Of a DNA stretch of 48,225 bases, positions 35,860-48,225 are shown piece by piece. The DNA lies in NCBI RefSeq assembly GCF_001194135.2, contig NC_068990.1, positions 11,076,130 to 11,124,354 on the forward strand, given 5' to 3'. A model generated the notes under the pieces. That model made no database searches and was not told the DNA's origin. It was given only the letters and a program-made list of their open reading frames with translations. The first letter of the stretch is position 1, and the number at the start of each line of letters is the position of its first letter. The DNA is from Octopus bimaculoides (Eukaryota). The position numbers were made by a program, and so were the translations under genes.

Positions 35860-37090
35860 CCCATTACACTCCAAATTTTCATCGGCGAAAAGATATGGAA
35901 TGTCAGAAAAGGTTAGATACTGAGGCCGTTCAGCACAGAGAGGGATATATAACCACATGACTACGGAAGGCGACACTAGTGGCAAAGCTTCGGGATATTT
36001 TTGGCCTCTATAGATTTAACTGTTGCACTTAGAAGCAGACAGGCTGACAAACTACAAGGAGTTGCCTGATAGTGACCATAGGAGTCAATTGGACGCCAAA
36101 CAAAAATACCTAACGCATATTAAAGGAAGCATTTATAAAAGGAGTCTCGGTAGCCTCTGGAAAACTAAGAAACAAGAGATAGACTAGGAAATAGAAAGAT
36201 ATAAATGTTAATTAAATTTAAATTTTGGAGGGCTTAGTAGAATTTCTGTAAGAATGAGATACTTTTTGGTGCTGCTTGCATTAGTAACCGATTTCCCGGA
36301 TCACGTCTCGATACCTGTTCAACAAATGTCTGACATAAACAGACATGGCTTTAGAAAATCCAATAACTAATGCAAGTGTGCTAACCCATCTTAGTTTATA
36401 GGATCTTTACACGGCAATAACTGTCGGTAGAAGTGATACAAGGTGATTAAGTGCAATGGTGATGAATCAAGGGAGAGTTGGCGGATAATTAGGTGTCATC
36501 TTCAGATGGCTAAACACTGCAAGGAACTATGACATGGAATTATCTTGTATAATTGTGACTGTGGCATCCTTAGTAACATACCGCATTCAAGGAAACTAGC
36601 AAAGGGAAGAGAATGAGCGTATAGCTTCTCTTTCTACACAGTAAAGTCCCTTCTAATACTGTGGCCGATAGTAAAAGCAATAGTATGTAGGAAGAAGTAA
36701 CATGATGCGTGCTTCCTTTGGTATCTATTGTGCCACTACATTTGTAAGTCTGGGACCGTTTGAGAGCTAATGGGGAAAGGACAAGATAGTGTGATAGATG
36801 GACGAAAGAAATTATGCAGGAAAAACACCAAGTGATCTTCGCGGATCACATTGTTCATCGTGTTGTCATCCTTGTAGCCGCTAAAGAAAATTTTGAAACA
36901 GTTTCCATCCAAATGCAAGAGAATAAATTAGTTTATCCAACCAAACTCGTTGTACATCACAATGGAGAACAAGTTAGTTACAAGTATACTATTCTCTTAA
37001 ACCTACGCTGGGTAGTTAGTTGGTTTGATGGACAAAACTGCGTTGAAGGACAATGAAGGATGCTCAAGTCGAGACCTCCATGCGATGATA
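35860..37090 (+). mobile_element. Highly decayed RTE-like LINE fragments
   Basis: VIFADHIV (cf. lLfADDiv), HNGEQVSYKY (cf. nGeqle.V..FkYLG) and LRW...EG...RP..DDI. Weak and fragmentary. Confidence 0.45.
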
Positions 37091-37918
37091 TATGAACAAG
37101 AGAAATAAAAATAAAATAAAATATTACTATTTTCAGATAAACCTATCTATAATATGAGAGGAATATGTTATGTGTGCCATCGTTTCGAAGTGGAATCTAG
37201 CTTGCGTTAGATCCTTTGTTTTTCGTGAAGAAAGGTGGTTGGGAGGTTGAAAACACAGCAGAGTGAAAGAACTCTGTGTTTTTATCTGTTTCTCTAAGTC
37301 GGGGAGAATAATGCGGTTTGCAGAACGTGCACGAGAAATTCCAATATTTATTCCCAAGACACGTTATAAGATTGCAAATTGTGCGTAGAGTTTCGCAAGA
37401 GCAGTGGAGCAAGACTGTAAATTACGTATGGATATTCGCAACAGAAGCCAAATAGGAAGGTAAAAATTTGTTCTCTCAGTCATTACACGTATATACATTA
37501 CGCATACATAGATTACCCATGTATACATATGTGTATGCGTTGTCTATGCATGTGTTTGTGTGTTCATGCGTGTATTCAGGTTTATCTATATCTAGGTGTC
37601 TATAAATAAATGCCTAAAAATTGTACAAATCTTTCAATACCTAAGAATTTTCTCAAAAGTCTGTAGATATTTTAGAAATAAATATGTATATGTAACACAT
37701 TTTCCCATGATATGTCTACACCTAGAAATATCATTAATACCTACGAGCATTCTTCCCTTCTAAGAAAGCACACCCTTTCTAAATCCTTCCTTACTCAAGT
37801 CTTTTTCACATATATTCATAGTAATGCTTCAAGAGAAATAATAACTATATTGATCTCACCTGTTCTAGGGCACAAGCACGGGCTATGGCATTCTCCTTTA
37901 GTGCTGGGCTCGGTGAGT

Positions 37919-37919
37919 A

Positions 37920-37966
<47 letters not shown>

Positions 37967-37981
37967 GAAGAAAGAAAGAAA
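37919..37981. repeat. (AAAG)n microsatellite
   Basis: Directly visible. Confidence 0.97.
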
Positions 37982-38533
37982 GAGGTACTTGAGAAACCTT
38001 GCGTAAAATACACACATATATATCCATCTTGTCCACCTCTAGATTATTAGTGTGTATAAGATATAAATACGTGTATAAGTTTCTTAACTCATATTTGTGA
38101 ATGTATTACATCATGTAATATAGAATTTACCTAAAGGACTTTTAGTCGCGTTAAGACGATTGTAAAACAATTCATCTATAAAATATGTCTGTGGCTGCAA
38201 TAAGAAATGAAACACCTTTACAGATGTGTCAATTCCAATAGGAAATTATATATAGAAAATTATACTGTGTGTATGTATGCGTGTATATGTACGTGTGTAT
38301 GTATGTATGTATTTATGTATGTTTGTATGTATTTATGTATGTATGTGTGTATGTATTTTTATGTGTAGTTGGATAAACAAAGATACATACATACACATAT
38401 TTGCAGTAAATTACTGGTGTGTTCATAGTGTTTCGTTTTCTTACTAAAAATTATAAAACCTATGTATAGTGTACACTTCAGCCAACAGTGCGTTTTGCGG
38501 CGATTGTAAACGATATATATATATCTGTATATA

Positions 38534-38537
<4 letters not shown>

Positions 38538-38593
<56 letters not shown>
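38538..38593. repeat. (GT)n microsatellite
   Basis: Directly visible. Confidence 0.97.
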
Positions 38594-38594
<1 letters not shown>

Positions 38595-39935
38595 CATATT
38601 TTTGCTAAGGCATTGTGACACCAATAACTCGATCTAGAACTCATTACACGCATGTTTCTGAACGAAGTGATGGCTGAGTTTAGAGCGGTAATGATAATTT
38701 GTTTTTGTGGTGCCCTATATAGACACAAATGAAATTCTTTCCCAAATATATTGCCCTTCATATTCAAGGCCTCGGTGAAGCTATAAGGTGCTATTAAGGC
38801 ATTCATCTTATAGCAACAACACCTGTATGCTAATGAAATTCATAGAATAATCATTTATTCCTTTGTTAACTCCCTTTCTGTTATACGTAAGAACAACAGC
38901 ACCAGCACAATATCAACTAAAACAAAACAAAATCCCAACCAAAACAACTGCAGTGACACTCTCTGGGAGTAGCTATCACTGTTCTTGTATGAAACAAAAA
39001 TCGATTACTTTAGATCACAGGCGACAACCACGAAACAAAAGTTATGAATAAGCGACAAGTCTATTTAATCATCAAACAACACATGGCTTAAAATATAGTT
39101 AAACTACATAAAATTTTAGGAGCTAAATCAGCGAAACCTGATGCGAGTCAGATAAATTTGACACTTTCCCTATACTACAGTGAAAAATACCCTTTCGGTC
39201 GCAAACACAAAAATGTACGTAAGTTAACCTTTTTCCACAGATACGACTAAACGATAAGTGACTCATTTTCTTCGTTCCTTTCCATCATTCTCATTTGTAT
39301 CATATACGTTTAGATAAATTATATATGCCAATCTCATCTTAAGGATACGCATAGCAATATAATTTCAGTTGAACTATTAGCATTTATTCTGTGAAAAATT
39401 ATCGTTGCAAATATATTTCATACATATAAACACCTATAATTAAATTCTGCTCCACTTAAGTTAAAAAGTCAAATTTTGTTTTAATTACTTAATGCATATA
39501 TANNNNNNNNNNNNNNNNNNNNNNNNNNNNNNNNNNNNNNNNNNNNNNNNNNNNNNNNNNNNNNNNNNNNNNNNNNNNNNNNNNNNNNNNNNNNNNNNNN
39601 NNNNNNNNNNNNNNNNNNNNNNNNNNNNNNNNNNNNNNNNNNNNNNNNNNNNNNNNNNNNNNNNNNNNNNNNNNNNNNNNNNNNNNNNNNNNNNNNNNNN
39701 NNNNNNNNNNNNNNNNNNNNNNNNNNNNNNNNNNNNNNNNNNNNNNNNNNNNNNNNNNNNNNNNNNNNNNNNNNTATATGTATGTATATATATGTATGTG
39801 TGTATATATATATATCTATATCTATACATATATACATATATAAATGCATATACAAATACATACATATATATGTATATGTAAAATCATCCCAATATATAAG
39901 CACATACACACACATGTGCGCGAGCACCCACATGC

Positions 39936-39939
<4 letters not shown>

Positions 39940-40013
<74 letters not shown>

Positions 40014-40028
40014 GATAAATAGATATAT

Positions 40029-40063
<35 letters not shown>

Positions 40064-40146
40064 CATACATACATACCTACCTACATACATACATACATAC
40101 ATACATACATACATACATACATACATACATACATACATACATACAT
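39940..40146. repeat. Compound (AT)n-(AG)n-(GATA)n-(CATA)n microsatellite
   Basis: Directly visible. Confidence 0.97.
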
Positions 40147-40646
40147 TCAGGTGGTTTTTGAGGATGAGAAATATCTAAAGTTTCGTCCAGAATTCCAACA
40201 TTATAATTAAAATTAAAATATAGTAATTAATGACTGAGAATATGAAATTTAAGAACTATTGGATTTCAGAATTGAAGATATAAAAACAATTATTATAATA
40301 ATTAATACAGCGGTTACAACAACTATTATGTAGATTTCGATGAGATTTTGCAAAATTATTTTGGTTGGAGGAACAAATAAACCAATGATTGCAAAATTTG
40401 AAATGAGAAAAATTAATATCAAAATGAAACTAATAAAAATATAGTATGAACATAATAATAGAAATTAATGATGAATTAATATAAAAACAATAGAGATTTA
40501 TAGAAATCGAGAAAAATAAGGAATTATATTACAAAAATACCTAATATAGGCAATATAATGAAACTTGAAACTACAAAACAGTGGAAGAAATTTAATAGTA
40601 AAAATATCTATATCAGACTATAATATATGTCTNNNNNNNNNNACAG

Positions 40647-40679
<33 letters not shown>

Positions 40680-40944
40680 AAATTAGTGTACATGTTTATA
40701 CACAAAAGAGGTGACCTTAACAGGACATCTTACATGCAAAAAGGAGCAGTAATTTCGAAGGGAATGAAAAATAAAATCATGTTCAATAGTTACCACATGT
40801 ACGTAGGTTTCAAACATCAGTGAACAAATAAATAATTTGCCATACATGTTCTCATCAGTTTAAGCGCTATAATTAATATATATTTGTGGAACATTGTTGA
40901 CAACACATGTTCCATCTATATACGTTATAATTTTTAACTGAATA

Positions 40945-41385
40945 ATTCTTTCTACTCTAGGTACAAGGCCTGAAATTTTGGTGGAGGGGACTAGCCGATT
41001 ACATCGACCCCAGTGTTTCACCGGTACTTAATTTATTGACTCCGTAAAGATGAAAGGCAAAGTCGACCTCGGCAAAATTTGAACTCAGAACGTTAAGACA
41101 GGCGAAATGCCACTAAGCATTTCGTCAGCGTGCTAACGATTCTGCCCGCTAGCTGCCTTGTTCTTTTCTACTCCAGGCAAAAGGCTCGAAATTTTTTATG
41201 GGGAGGGAGCCAGTCTATTAGACCGACCCCAGTACCCAAATGGTACTTAATTTATCGACCCCGAAAGGATAAAAGCCAAGGTTGACCACGGCGGAATTTG
41301 AACCCAGAGCGTAACGACATCGAAATACCGCTAAGCATATAGCCCGGCGTCCTAATGATTCTGCCATCTCGCTGCCTTGTTCTTA
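40945..41385 (-). mobile_element. Two head-to-tail SINE family A copies (40945-41160 and 41160-41385)
   Basis: Each runs from a ttct..tctactc.agg tail to a gctgcctt head. Confidence 0.9.
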
Positions 41386-42999
41386 ACTGAATAACGAATG
41401 CTCAAATGTAATTTCATACGCATGATAATTTCATACGTATTAAGTGCAAGAGTAATTGGCTGATTGATATGGCGATCGTTGTATGTGATGGAAGAGTAGT
41501 TTGTATGCTGGTAGGGTTTTATTTATATTGTGCACTTCATAAAATGTTCCATGCATGAAGATATCCATTTCATCCACTTCAATAATGATCCAGTCCTACA
41601 AAGTTTAATAAAAGACGAAATAATCATTTTAAGTGTTCAGTCTAAAATTTACAATCTCCACGAATATTAAAACGGTTAACTATATGGATATGTCATTAAA
41701 TGAAACTACAAGACTACATCTCCTTTACATAGAACCTAATTAAAGGCTGTTATACAGTAATAAGCGACCTATTCTCTCAGCCAGATACTTAAAAGTACTT
41801 AACGTTATTAGCAAATGGTTCTTCACAATGTCTTTCAATGAAAGTGTTTTCAATTGCCACTCCTAGTGTTATAAGCAGACCTCAATACAAGGTGTCGTTA
41901 AAGAAAATATGCAAGTAGCTTTCTAATAACACGGACAGAAACCTGCTTCTCTGTCCGTCCTTCAGAAATTTTCTTCAGATCACAATGATTTCCTAGAAAT
42001 TTATTGAAAGAAACGAAATTAACGAAATAATCAGTAATTTTATACACTGAAATCATATACGCAACGTAAAGATAAATAAGATTTATATTTTCCTTCCGGT
42101 TATAGTTTATTTTCTGCTCGCACACCAAAAGAAGTAAAATGGCCATAAATAGTTCACTTACATATACAACAATAGACTGAGTAATTGAAGGAAAGACATA
42201 ATGATGCGGAGAGTGAATAAGAAAGACAAAGTCAATGGAAATAACAGATTTACTGAAAACTTTGGATTTATTGAATATAGTTGCTTCTAATATTTGAAAC
42301 TGTACTTTAGAGGAGTGTAAACGATTTTACAGTGAATGCTTTATAATCTTTTACACAACTTTACACTTAGTAAAACAGTCACTTTTCTGTTTGCACGCTA
42401 CATATATTATTTTATTGACATACAAAAGCTGAAAATATTCTTAATTGTCAATAAAAAGCATTCACTGAAGCGTATCTTTTACCATTTTCTTTATCCATGT
42501 GGAAGTTTTTACTAAAATATTTCCCTGGAAAGTTATTTTAATATTGTGGACAGAAGTATACAAAAATCCTTTCACAGACATCGTCTGTCGTAAATTTTGT
42601 TAACACACTCACACACACACAATCACAAATGTGAGGACGTTTATGTGGTTATTCGACCTGCTATAAACTGCAGTCAAGTCTCCTTCAAATCATTCAGAAA
42701 GACACAAAAAATGATGGAAGCAGAGCCACAGCGAGAAACGTTGTTTATAGAGAAGACATCTAAATGTAAATGTTATACAATAAAACATTTTTATAATAAA
42801 CGTTTTTATTTAACAAATATTAAAAAGATTATTAAGAATTCACTGAAAAAGACAATTTAAATTTCGATAATATACACAATTAAAAAACGTCAAATCTAAC
42901 ATTTATTTTAGTCTGAAAATCAAAACAGAATTAAAGTTAATAAATTTCTAATTCTTTCAATAATTTTTTGTACTCAAACTGAATATATTTTATATTCTT

Positions 43000-43365
43000 T
43001 TCTATTCTACGCATAATGCCCGAAATTTTGTGGGAGGGGGCCAGTCGATTACATTGACCCCCAATACGCCACAATTTATCGACCCCGAAAGGATGAAAGG
43101 CAAAGTCAACCCCGGCTGAATTTGAACGCAGAGCATAAAGACTGACGAAATGCCGCTAAGCATTTAGCCTGGAGTGCTAACTTTTCTTATTTCTTTATTG
43201 CTCACAAGGGGCTAAACATAGAGGGGACAAACAAGGACAGACAAAGGAATTAAGTCGATTACGTCGACCCCAGTGCGTAACTGGTACTTAATTTATCGAC
43301 CCCGAAAGGATGAAAGGCAAAGTCGACCTAGGCGGAATTTGAACTCAGAACGTAACGGCAGACTT
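43000..43365 (-). mobile_element. Two adjacent SINE family A copies; the second has a different tail variant
   Basis: atcgaccccgaaaggatgaaaggcaaagtc occurs at ~43078 and ~43295. Confidence 0.88.
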
Positions 43366-43549
43366 GGATCAAATCTCTTCCATTTTAAATATCCTTTCTA
43401 ATGTACATGCAAGTACGTGTGTCTTTTTTCTGCACAGTCCGCGTTACCAGACTCCACTTAAAAACCATCGATAAATAGCATTTAACGCGACGTACAGAAA
43501 ATACAAGAGGTCCCTAACGGCCAGCTAATAATATTTGTTTCAAACTTTG

Positions 43550-43720
43550 GCAGAAGGCTTGCAAAGTCGATTACGTCGACCCCAGTGCTCAAATGCTACT
43601 TGTTTTATTGACTCTCACAGGATAAAAACAAGGTTGACCTCAGCAGAATTTGAACCCAGAATGTAAAGTTGGACGAAATGCCGCTAAGCATTTTGCTCGG
43701 CGTGCTAACGATTTTTCCAA
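43550..43720 (-). mobile_element. SINE family A
   Basis: Reverse complement of the family A body. Confidence 0.85.
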
Positions 43721-43764
43721 CCAAAATACATATTGAAACTCTTGATATATGAGTGAATTTTAAG

Positions 43765-43965
43765 GCAGAACGCTGGCAGAATCGTTAGCACCCCGGAGGG
43801 AAATACTTAACAGCATTCCGTCTGTCTTTATATTTTGAGTTCAAATTCCGCCGAGGTTGATTTTACCATTCATCCTTTCGGGATCGATAAAATAAGCACC
43901 AATTGAGTACTGGAGGCAATGTAATCGATTTGGTCCCTATCCTAAATTGCTGGCATTGTGCCAAT
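43765..43965 (+). mobile_element. SINE family A
   Basis: ctggcagaatcgttagcac...gagttcaaattccgccgagg...catcctttcgggatcgataaa. Confidence 0.85.
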
Positions 43966-44788
43966 ATTGGAAATCAATATATGGGTCAATTTCAGATAAA
44001 TGTCATAATTAACAATTTGTATTGCGATATCAATAATTTGTGATATGTTATTATAAAAACGAACACAAAACATTGTTGACGACCCCTAAAATAAAACAGA
44101 AATTGAAAGAAATGACCTTCGCTATTGACCAGTTTCTAACAAGATTTATTTTAGATTTCACAGAAGTTAATGGTAAGAAGAGAAATGATGTAAGATGCGT
44201 AAACTTTATTTAGATACGTATTGCTAAAATGTTATGAACTACATTGCTAGATTCTCTAAATATCAGCTCAACTATGTCCTTCCTTATTTCTTTTCAAGCA
44301 ACATATCTCACTACATAAACAATACATTTGATAGATAATGTTGTTACACAAATTTAAAGATAATGTAGTGGAGGGTAGTTTTATTGCAAGCCATTTGCGA
44401 TCTCAAACAAATTTAAAGAGAATTGTTCACACAAATATAACGAATCTGTGACAACGTTTCAGGAAGCAAATTTTGCATCGAAGATCAAAGCAACGTTTCA
44501 AAAGAATCAGCTCGGTGCTTACTACAAGACATAAGATTGGAATCGGTTGCATTCAGAACTAATCATCATGGCCGTAGTACCTTTTCAACCACTGAGAATA
44601 GTTACTGTTAGTGAGTTCACACTTTCTTTTCAACCTCACATATCTAAAAGTCATCTGGGGATCTTTCGTAACCACTAGATATTACAGCAGTTGTGGCAAG
44701 TGAGTCTGTGTGTCCCAACGCAATGCTGGGAAAAAAAGAAGTTCTCCCTCACACTTACTATCTCCAATTCTATCAATTCGATCCCGAG

Positions 44789-44831
<43 letters not shown>

Positions 44832-44832
44832 C

Positions 44833-44871
<39 letters not shown>

Positions 44872-44951
44872 GAAAAAGATAAATCTAGACAGATGATAGA
44901 TAGATAGATAAATACACATACACACACATATATATATATACATATATATAC

Positions 44952-44996
<45 letters not shown>

Positions 44997-45954
44997 NNNN
45001 NNNNNNNCGATCTTACATACATACACATTTATAGATACGTACATACACACATACACACACACACTTGATGAAAAGTATGTTTTCACACATTATGAGAAGC
45101 TTTCCTTCATTGACACACTTATTTGTACATATACACTGATAATTTTTTTTGTTTGTAAATACACACATGATGTTACATATATGCATGCGTAACAGTTTAC
45201 ATAAACATGAAAACATTGTGAAAAGTGTTTATTCTGTCTTCACAGATATTTGAGTAAATACATGAATCTGGATTCTGCTTATTTAAACATTTTTCTCAAT
45301 AAGAATTGCTCTTATTTCCGAAACATGATTTTGTATATGTATACGTGTTTGTATGTGTGTATGTGTGTATGTGTGTGAGTGCATGTGTGTGTGTATATAT
45401 GTGTATGTGTGTGTCTGTGTGTGTGTGTGTTCATTTAATGATTGCTGTTGTAGTTTTACGTTCTCAGTTTATGTATTACTAGATATTGTAAATGTATTCC
45501 TATATTGTAAGAGAAGTCGCTTAACATATCTAAACTTGTCTTCCTTATATGGATCCATCGTGGTTGACATATTGTTATTGAACAATTATATCCACTCTTT
45601 TAATATTCAACAAATCTTCATGTCTTTCTTTTTCTTGTTTCTAATTACGTGACAATTATTTACTTCACGGTTAGATTCATAATATTCGCTATATTGTGTT
45701 TGACATTGTCCATAATCAACTTCAATTTAGAAGAAGTGATAACGAAAGAAGTTCTTAAATAGTAATTGAACAATCTTAAATAATAGTATAGATACGTTTG
45801 AGTTAGGCATATTGTTCTTTTATCTTAAACGAACGTATTTAACAACGAAAGTATTGTCATTAGCAAGTGGGAAAACCTATAGGAAAACATTCTGTACCTT
45901 CCCTTTCTTTCATTTCCCTACTATTTACCTACTCTCCATTATCATACTAGCAAC

Positions 45955-46080
45955 GTGGAGGTGCAATGGCCCAGTGCTTAGGGCAGCGGGCTCACGTTCG
46001 TAGGATCGCGGTTTCGGTTCCCAGACCGGGCGTTGTGAGTGTTTACTGTGCGAAAACACCTAAAGCTTCACGAGTCTTCA
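45955..46080 (+). mobile_element. SINE family D, 5' part only
   Basis: ggaggtgcaatggcccagtgcttagggcagcgg...ccagaccgggcgttgtgagtgttt...cgaaaacacctaaagct is homologous to 30372. Confidence 0.88.
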
Positions 46081-46084
46081 ACAA

Positions 46085-46210
46085 GTGCTTATTTTATCGA
46101 TTCTGAAAGGATTAAAGGCAAAGTTCGCCGCGACAGAATTTGAACACAGAACGTAAAGACGGACGAAAATCCGCTATGCATTTTGTCCGTCGTGCTAACA
46201 ATGCTGACCC
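46085..46210 (-). mobile_element. SINE family A fragment joined tail-to-tail to the family D head
   Basis: aaggattaaaggcaaagttc...gtcgtgctaacaatgctg. Confidence 0.8.
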
Positions 46211-46730
46211 CTCATCGTTTTATTTTTGTCTAACATGTTTCAAGGAAATATCAAGTGCTTCTTTCAATCAAGTTATCGAGAAAAGGAACATTAACGTCTG
46301 TAAAAGAGGTATTTTTCTTTTATTTGCAGACCCAGAGTAAATTAGCTACGATAGAAATTAAATGCTTTAAATGTAGGAAGACAAGGAGGATATGATTTTC
46401 ATTGACTGACACTGAGGAGGTTCAACATCTGAACTTAGATTCTTGATAACCGAGTATAAACTTCGTTGGTGTTAAATCCAGGATCAGCTCTGATCCAGCA
46501 ACGAATTAAAGACATTCTAGCTTTGACCATTAGCTGTTTGACCGATCAGTGTATCTGAAATTGTATTATCCAAAGAGCCCCTCCTTTTTTTAAACTAGTA
46601 GAGTGTGATTTCATGGGAATGTGGGCAATGTATACAAATCAACACATATTTTCCTGCAATAGAAAAAAGTGTTACAAACGCTGGAATGAGATGAAAGCGT
46701 CGTCTTGCCAAATTTTACATTATGGTAGGT

Positions 46731-46950
46731 TACTCTTTTACTCTTTTACTCTTTCACTTGTCTCAGTCATTTGACTGCGGCCATGCTGGAGTACCGCCTT
46801 TAGACGAAGAAATCGATCACACAACTTATTCTTTGTAAACATAGTACGTATTCTATCGGCTCTTTTGCCGAGCCACTAAGTTCCAGGGACGTAGACACAC
46901 CAGCATCGGCTGTCCAGCGATGTTGGAGGACAAACACAGACACACAAATA
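46731..46950 (+). mobile_element. SINE family C, full-length copy
   Basis: ttactcttttact...cagtcatttgactgcggccatgctggag...ctaagttcc...acaaacacagacacac. Confidence 0.9.
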
Positions 46951-47313
46951 TATATNNNNNNNNNNNNNNNNNNNNNNNNNNNNNNNNNNNNNNNNNNNNN
47001 NNNNNNNNNNNNNNNNNNNNNNNNNNNNNNNNNNNNNNNNNNNNNNNNNNNNNNNNNNNNNNNNNNNNNNNNNNNNNNNNNNNNNNNNNNNNNNNNNNNN
47101 NNNNNNNNNNNNNNNNNNNNNNNNNNNNNNNNNNNNNNNNNNNNNNNNNNNNNNNNNNNNNNNNNNNNNNNNNNNNNNNNNNNNNNNNNNNNNNNNNNNN
47201 NNNNNNNNNNNNNNNNNNNNNNNNNNNNNNNNNNNNNNNNNNNNNNNNNNNNNNNNNNNNNNNNNNNNNNNNNNNNNNNNNNNNNNNNNNNNNNNNNNNN
47301 NNNNNNNNNNNNN

Positions 47314-47344
<31 letters not shown>

Positions 47345-48039
47345 CCATCACGAAATATAGCAATATATATATGTGGGGATGCGCGTGCAACTGTGTGTGT
47401 GTTCTGTGTATACAAATATGTATATATTGGCATCATCATATACATATATATTAATCATATTTATAATATGAATAAAGACCCACTGCTTTTGTGAAATCTG
47501 GAAAAATATACACTCTTTCTATTCTGCAATTATCTTTGCAGCTCGTTTGAGTCCCCCTCGAAGTTTCAATTTCATTGATCTCTGATCTGAGAATTAATCT
47601 ATTATATACATTCATACATACATACATACATACATACATACATACATACATAGTGAAATGACAAACAAGAAAAATTATACAACCAGGAAAAACATTAATA
47701 GCTCAGTCACCACCACCTGAAAAAAGTAAATTCTTTTGATGCTGCTAGACAGATCGATATTAATTTTATTCTCTACCACAGAGTTGTTTAAAATCAGCAA
47801 TTAAGCAGATTTAAACAGACATATCAACACGCTTTTTTACACGATCTTAATATTCATTATTACAATTTTGTTTCAGTTTCTTTTTATCTTGAATTATATC
47901 TTCAATTGTAACTTTTGAAATAGCGACAATATTCCTGCAGTTGGTAAATGAAATACAAAAGAACTGCTTGTGAAGCAAGAGCTGCACTTCGGCTTACACT
48001 TGGTCTCTTGAAGAATCCGAGCATTTTTTTATAAAAATA

Positions 48040-48205
48040 GGTGCAGGCGTTGCTGTGTGGTGAGACGTTTGCACGCGAACCATATACTCCCAGAATCAGT
48101 GTCACTATGTGGCACCTTGAGTAAGTCTCTCCTGCTATAAGCCTCAGGCCGACCAAAGCCTTGTGTGTGGATTTGGAAGACGGAAACTGAAAGAATCCCG
48201 TCATA
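48040..48205 (+). mobile_element. SINE family B
   Basis: taggtgcaggcgttgctgtgtggtgag...ggccgaccaaagccttgtg...gacggaaactgaaagaatcccgtc. Confidence 0.88.
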
Positions 48206-48225
48206 TATATATATTTATATATATA

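Noticed and set aside
37133-37412. Two overlapping minus ORFs and a strong plus acceptor at 37137
   Set aside because: Every acceptor-anchored frame either stops or lacks a donor, and no family is recognised.
41931-41958. 9-bp perfect hairpin (acggacaga/tctgtccgt); a similar 7-bp hairpin lies near 46482
   Set aside because: Short stems of this size are expected by chance in 48 kb, and the context is eukaryotic, so these are not terminators.
39-48225. Dozens of ORFs with IYIY, HTHT, LSLS, CVCV, ERER or X runs
   Set aside because: These are translations of microsatellites and N gaps, not genes.
1-48225. CRISPR arrays, rRNA, operons or prokaryotic defence systems
   Set aside because: There is no repeat-spacer periodicity, no rRNA-like sequence and no long intact ORFs. 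The DNA is clearly eukaryotic and repeat-rich.

Overview
AT-rich, microsatellite-dense eukaryotic genomic DNA with ten N gaps, most flanked by (AT)n. The SINE families, simple-repeat load and transposon mix look like an Octopus genome. That assignment comes from my recollection of octopus repeats, not from a database search. I recognise no host protein-coding gene, so the window reads as intronic or intergenic. Almost all ORFs in the track are microsatellite artefacts or decayed transposon frames. Identifiable content: three Penelope-like (PLE) remnants, three to four RTE LINE remnants, an R4/Dong-like LINE remnant, four mariner pieces (one with both TIRs and TA TSDs), a Tc1/DD37D-like piece, a pogo/Tigger piece and about 20 copies of four SINE families. 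The most notable observations are: (1) a type I hammerhead-ribozyme motif inside a 341-bp terminally redundant unit at 27.36-27.74 kb, which looks retrozyme- or PLE-pLTR-like; (2) fold-back inverted duplications, a perfect 250-bp palindrome centred on (AT)44 at 5.26-5.51 kb and two abutting fold-backs at 24.8-25.2 kb, one centred on self-complementary microsatellites; (3) an RTE tail encoding three tandem C2H2 fingers. Several exon-like segments are listed as unconfirmed candidates only.
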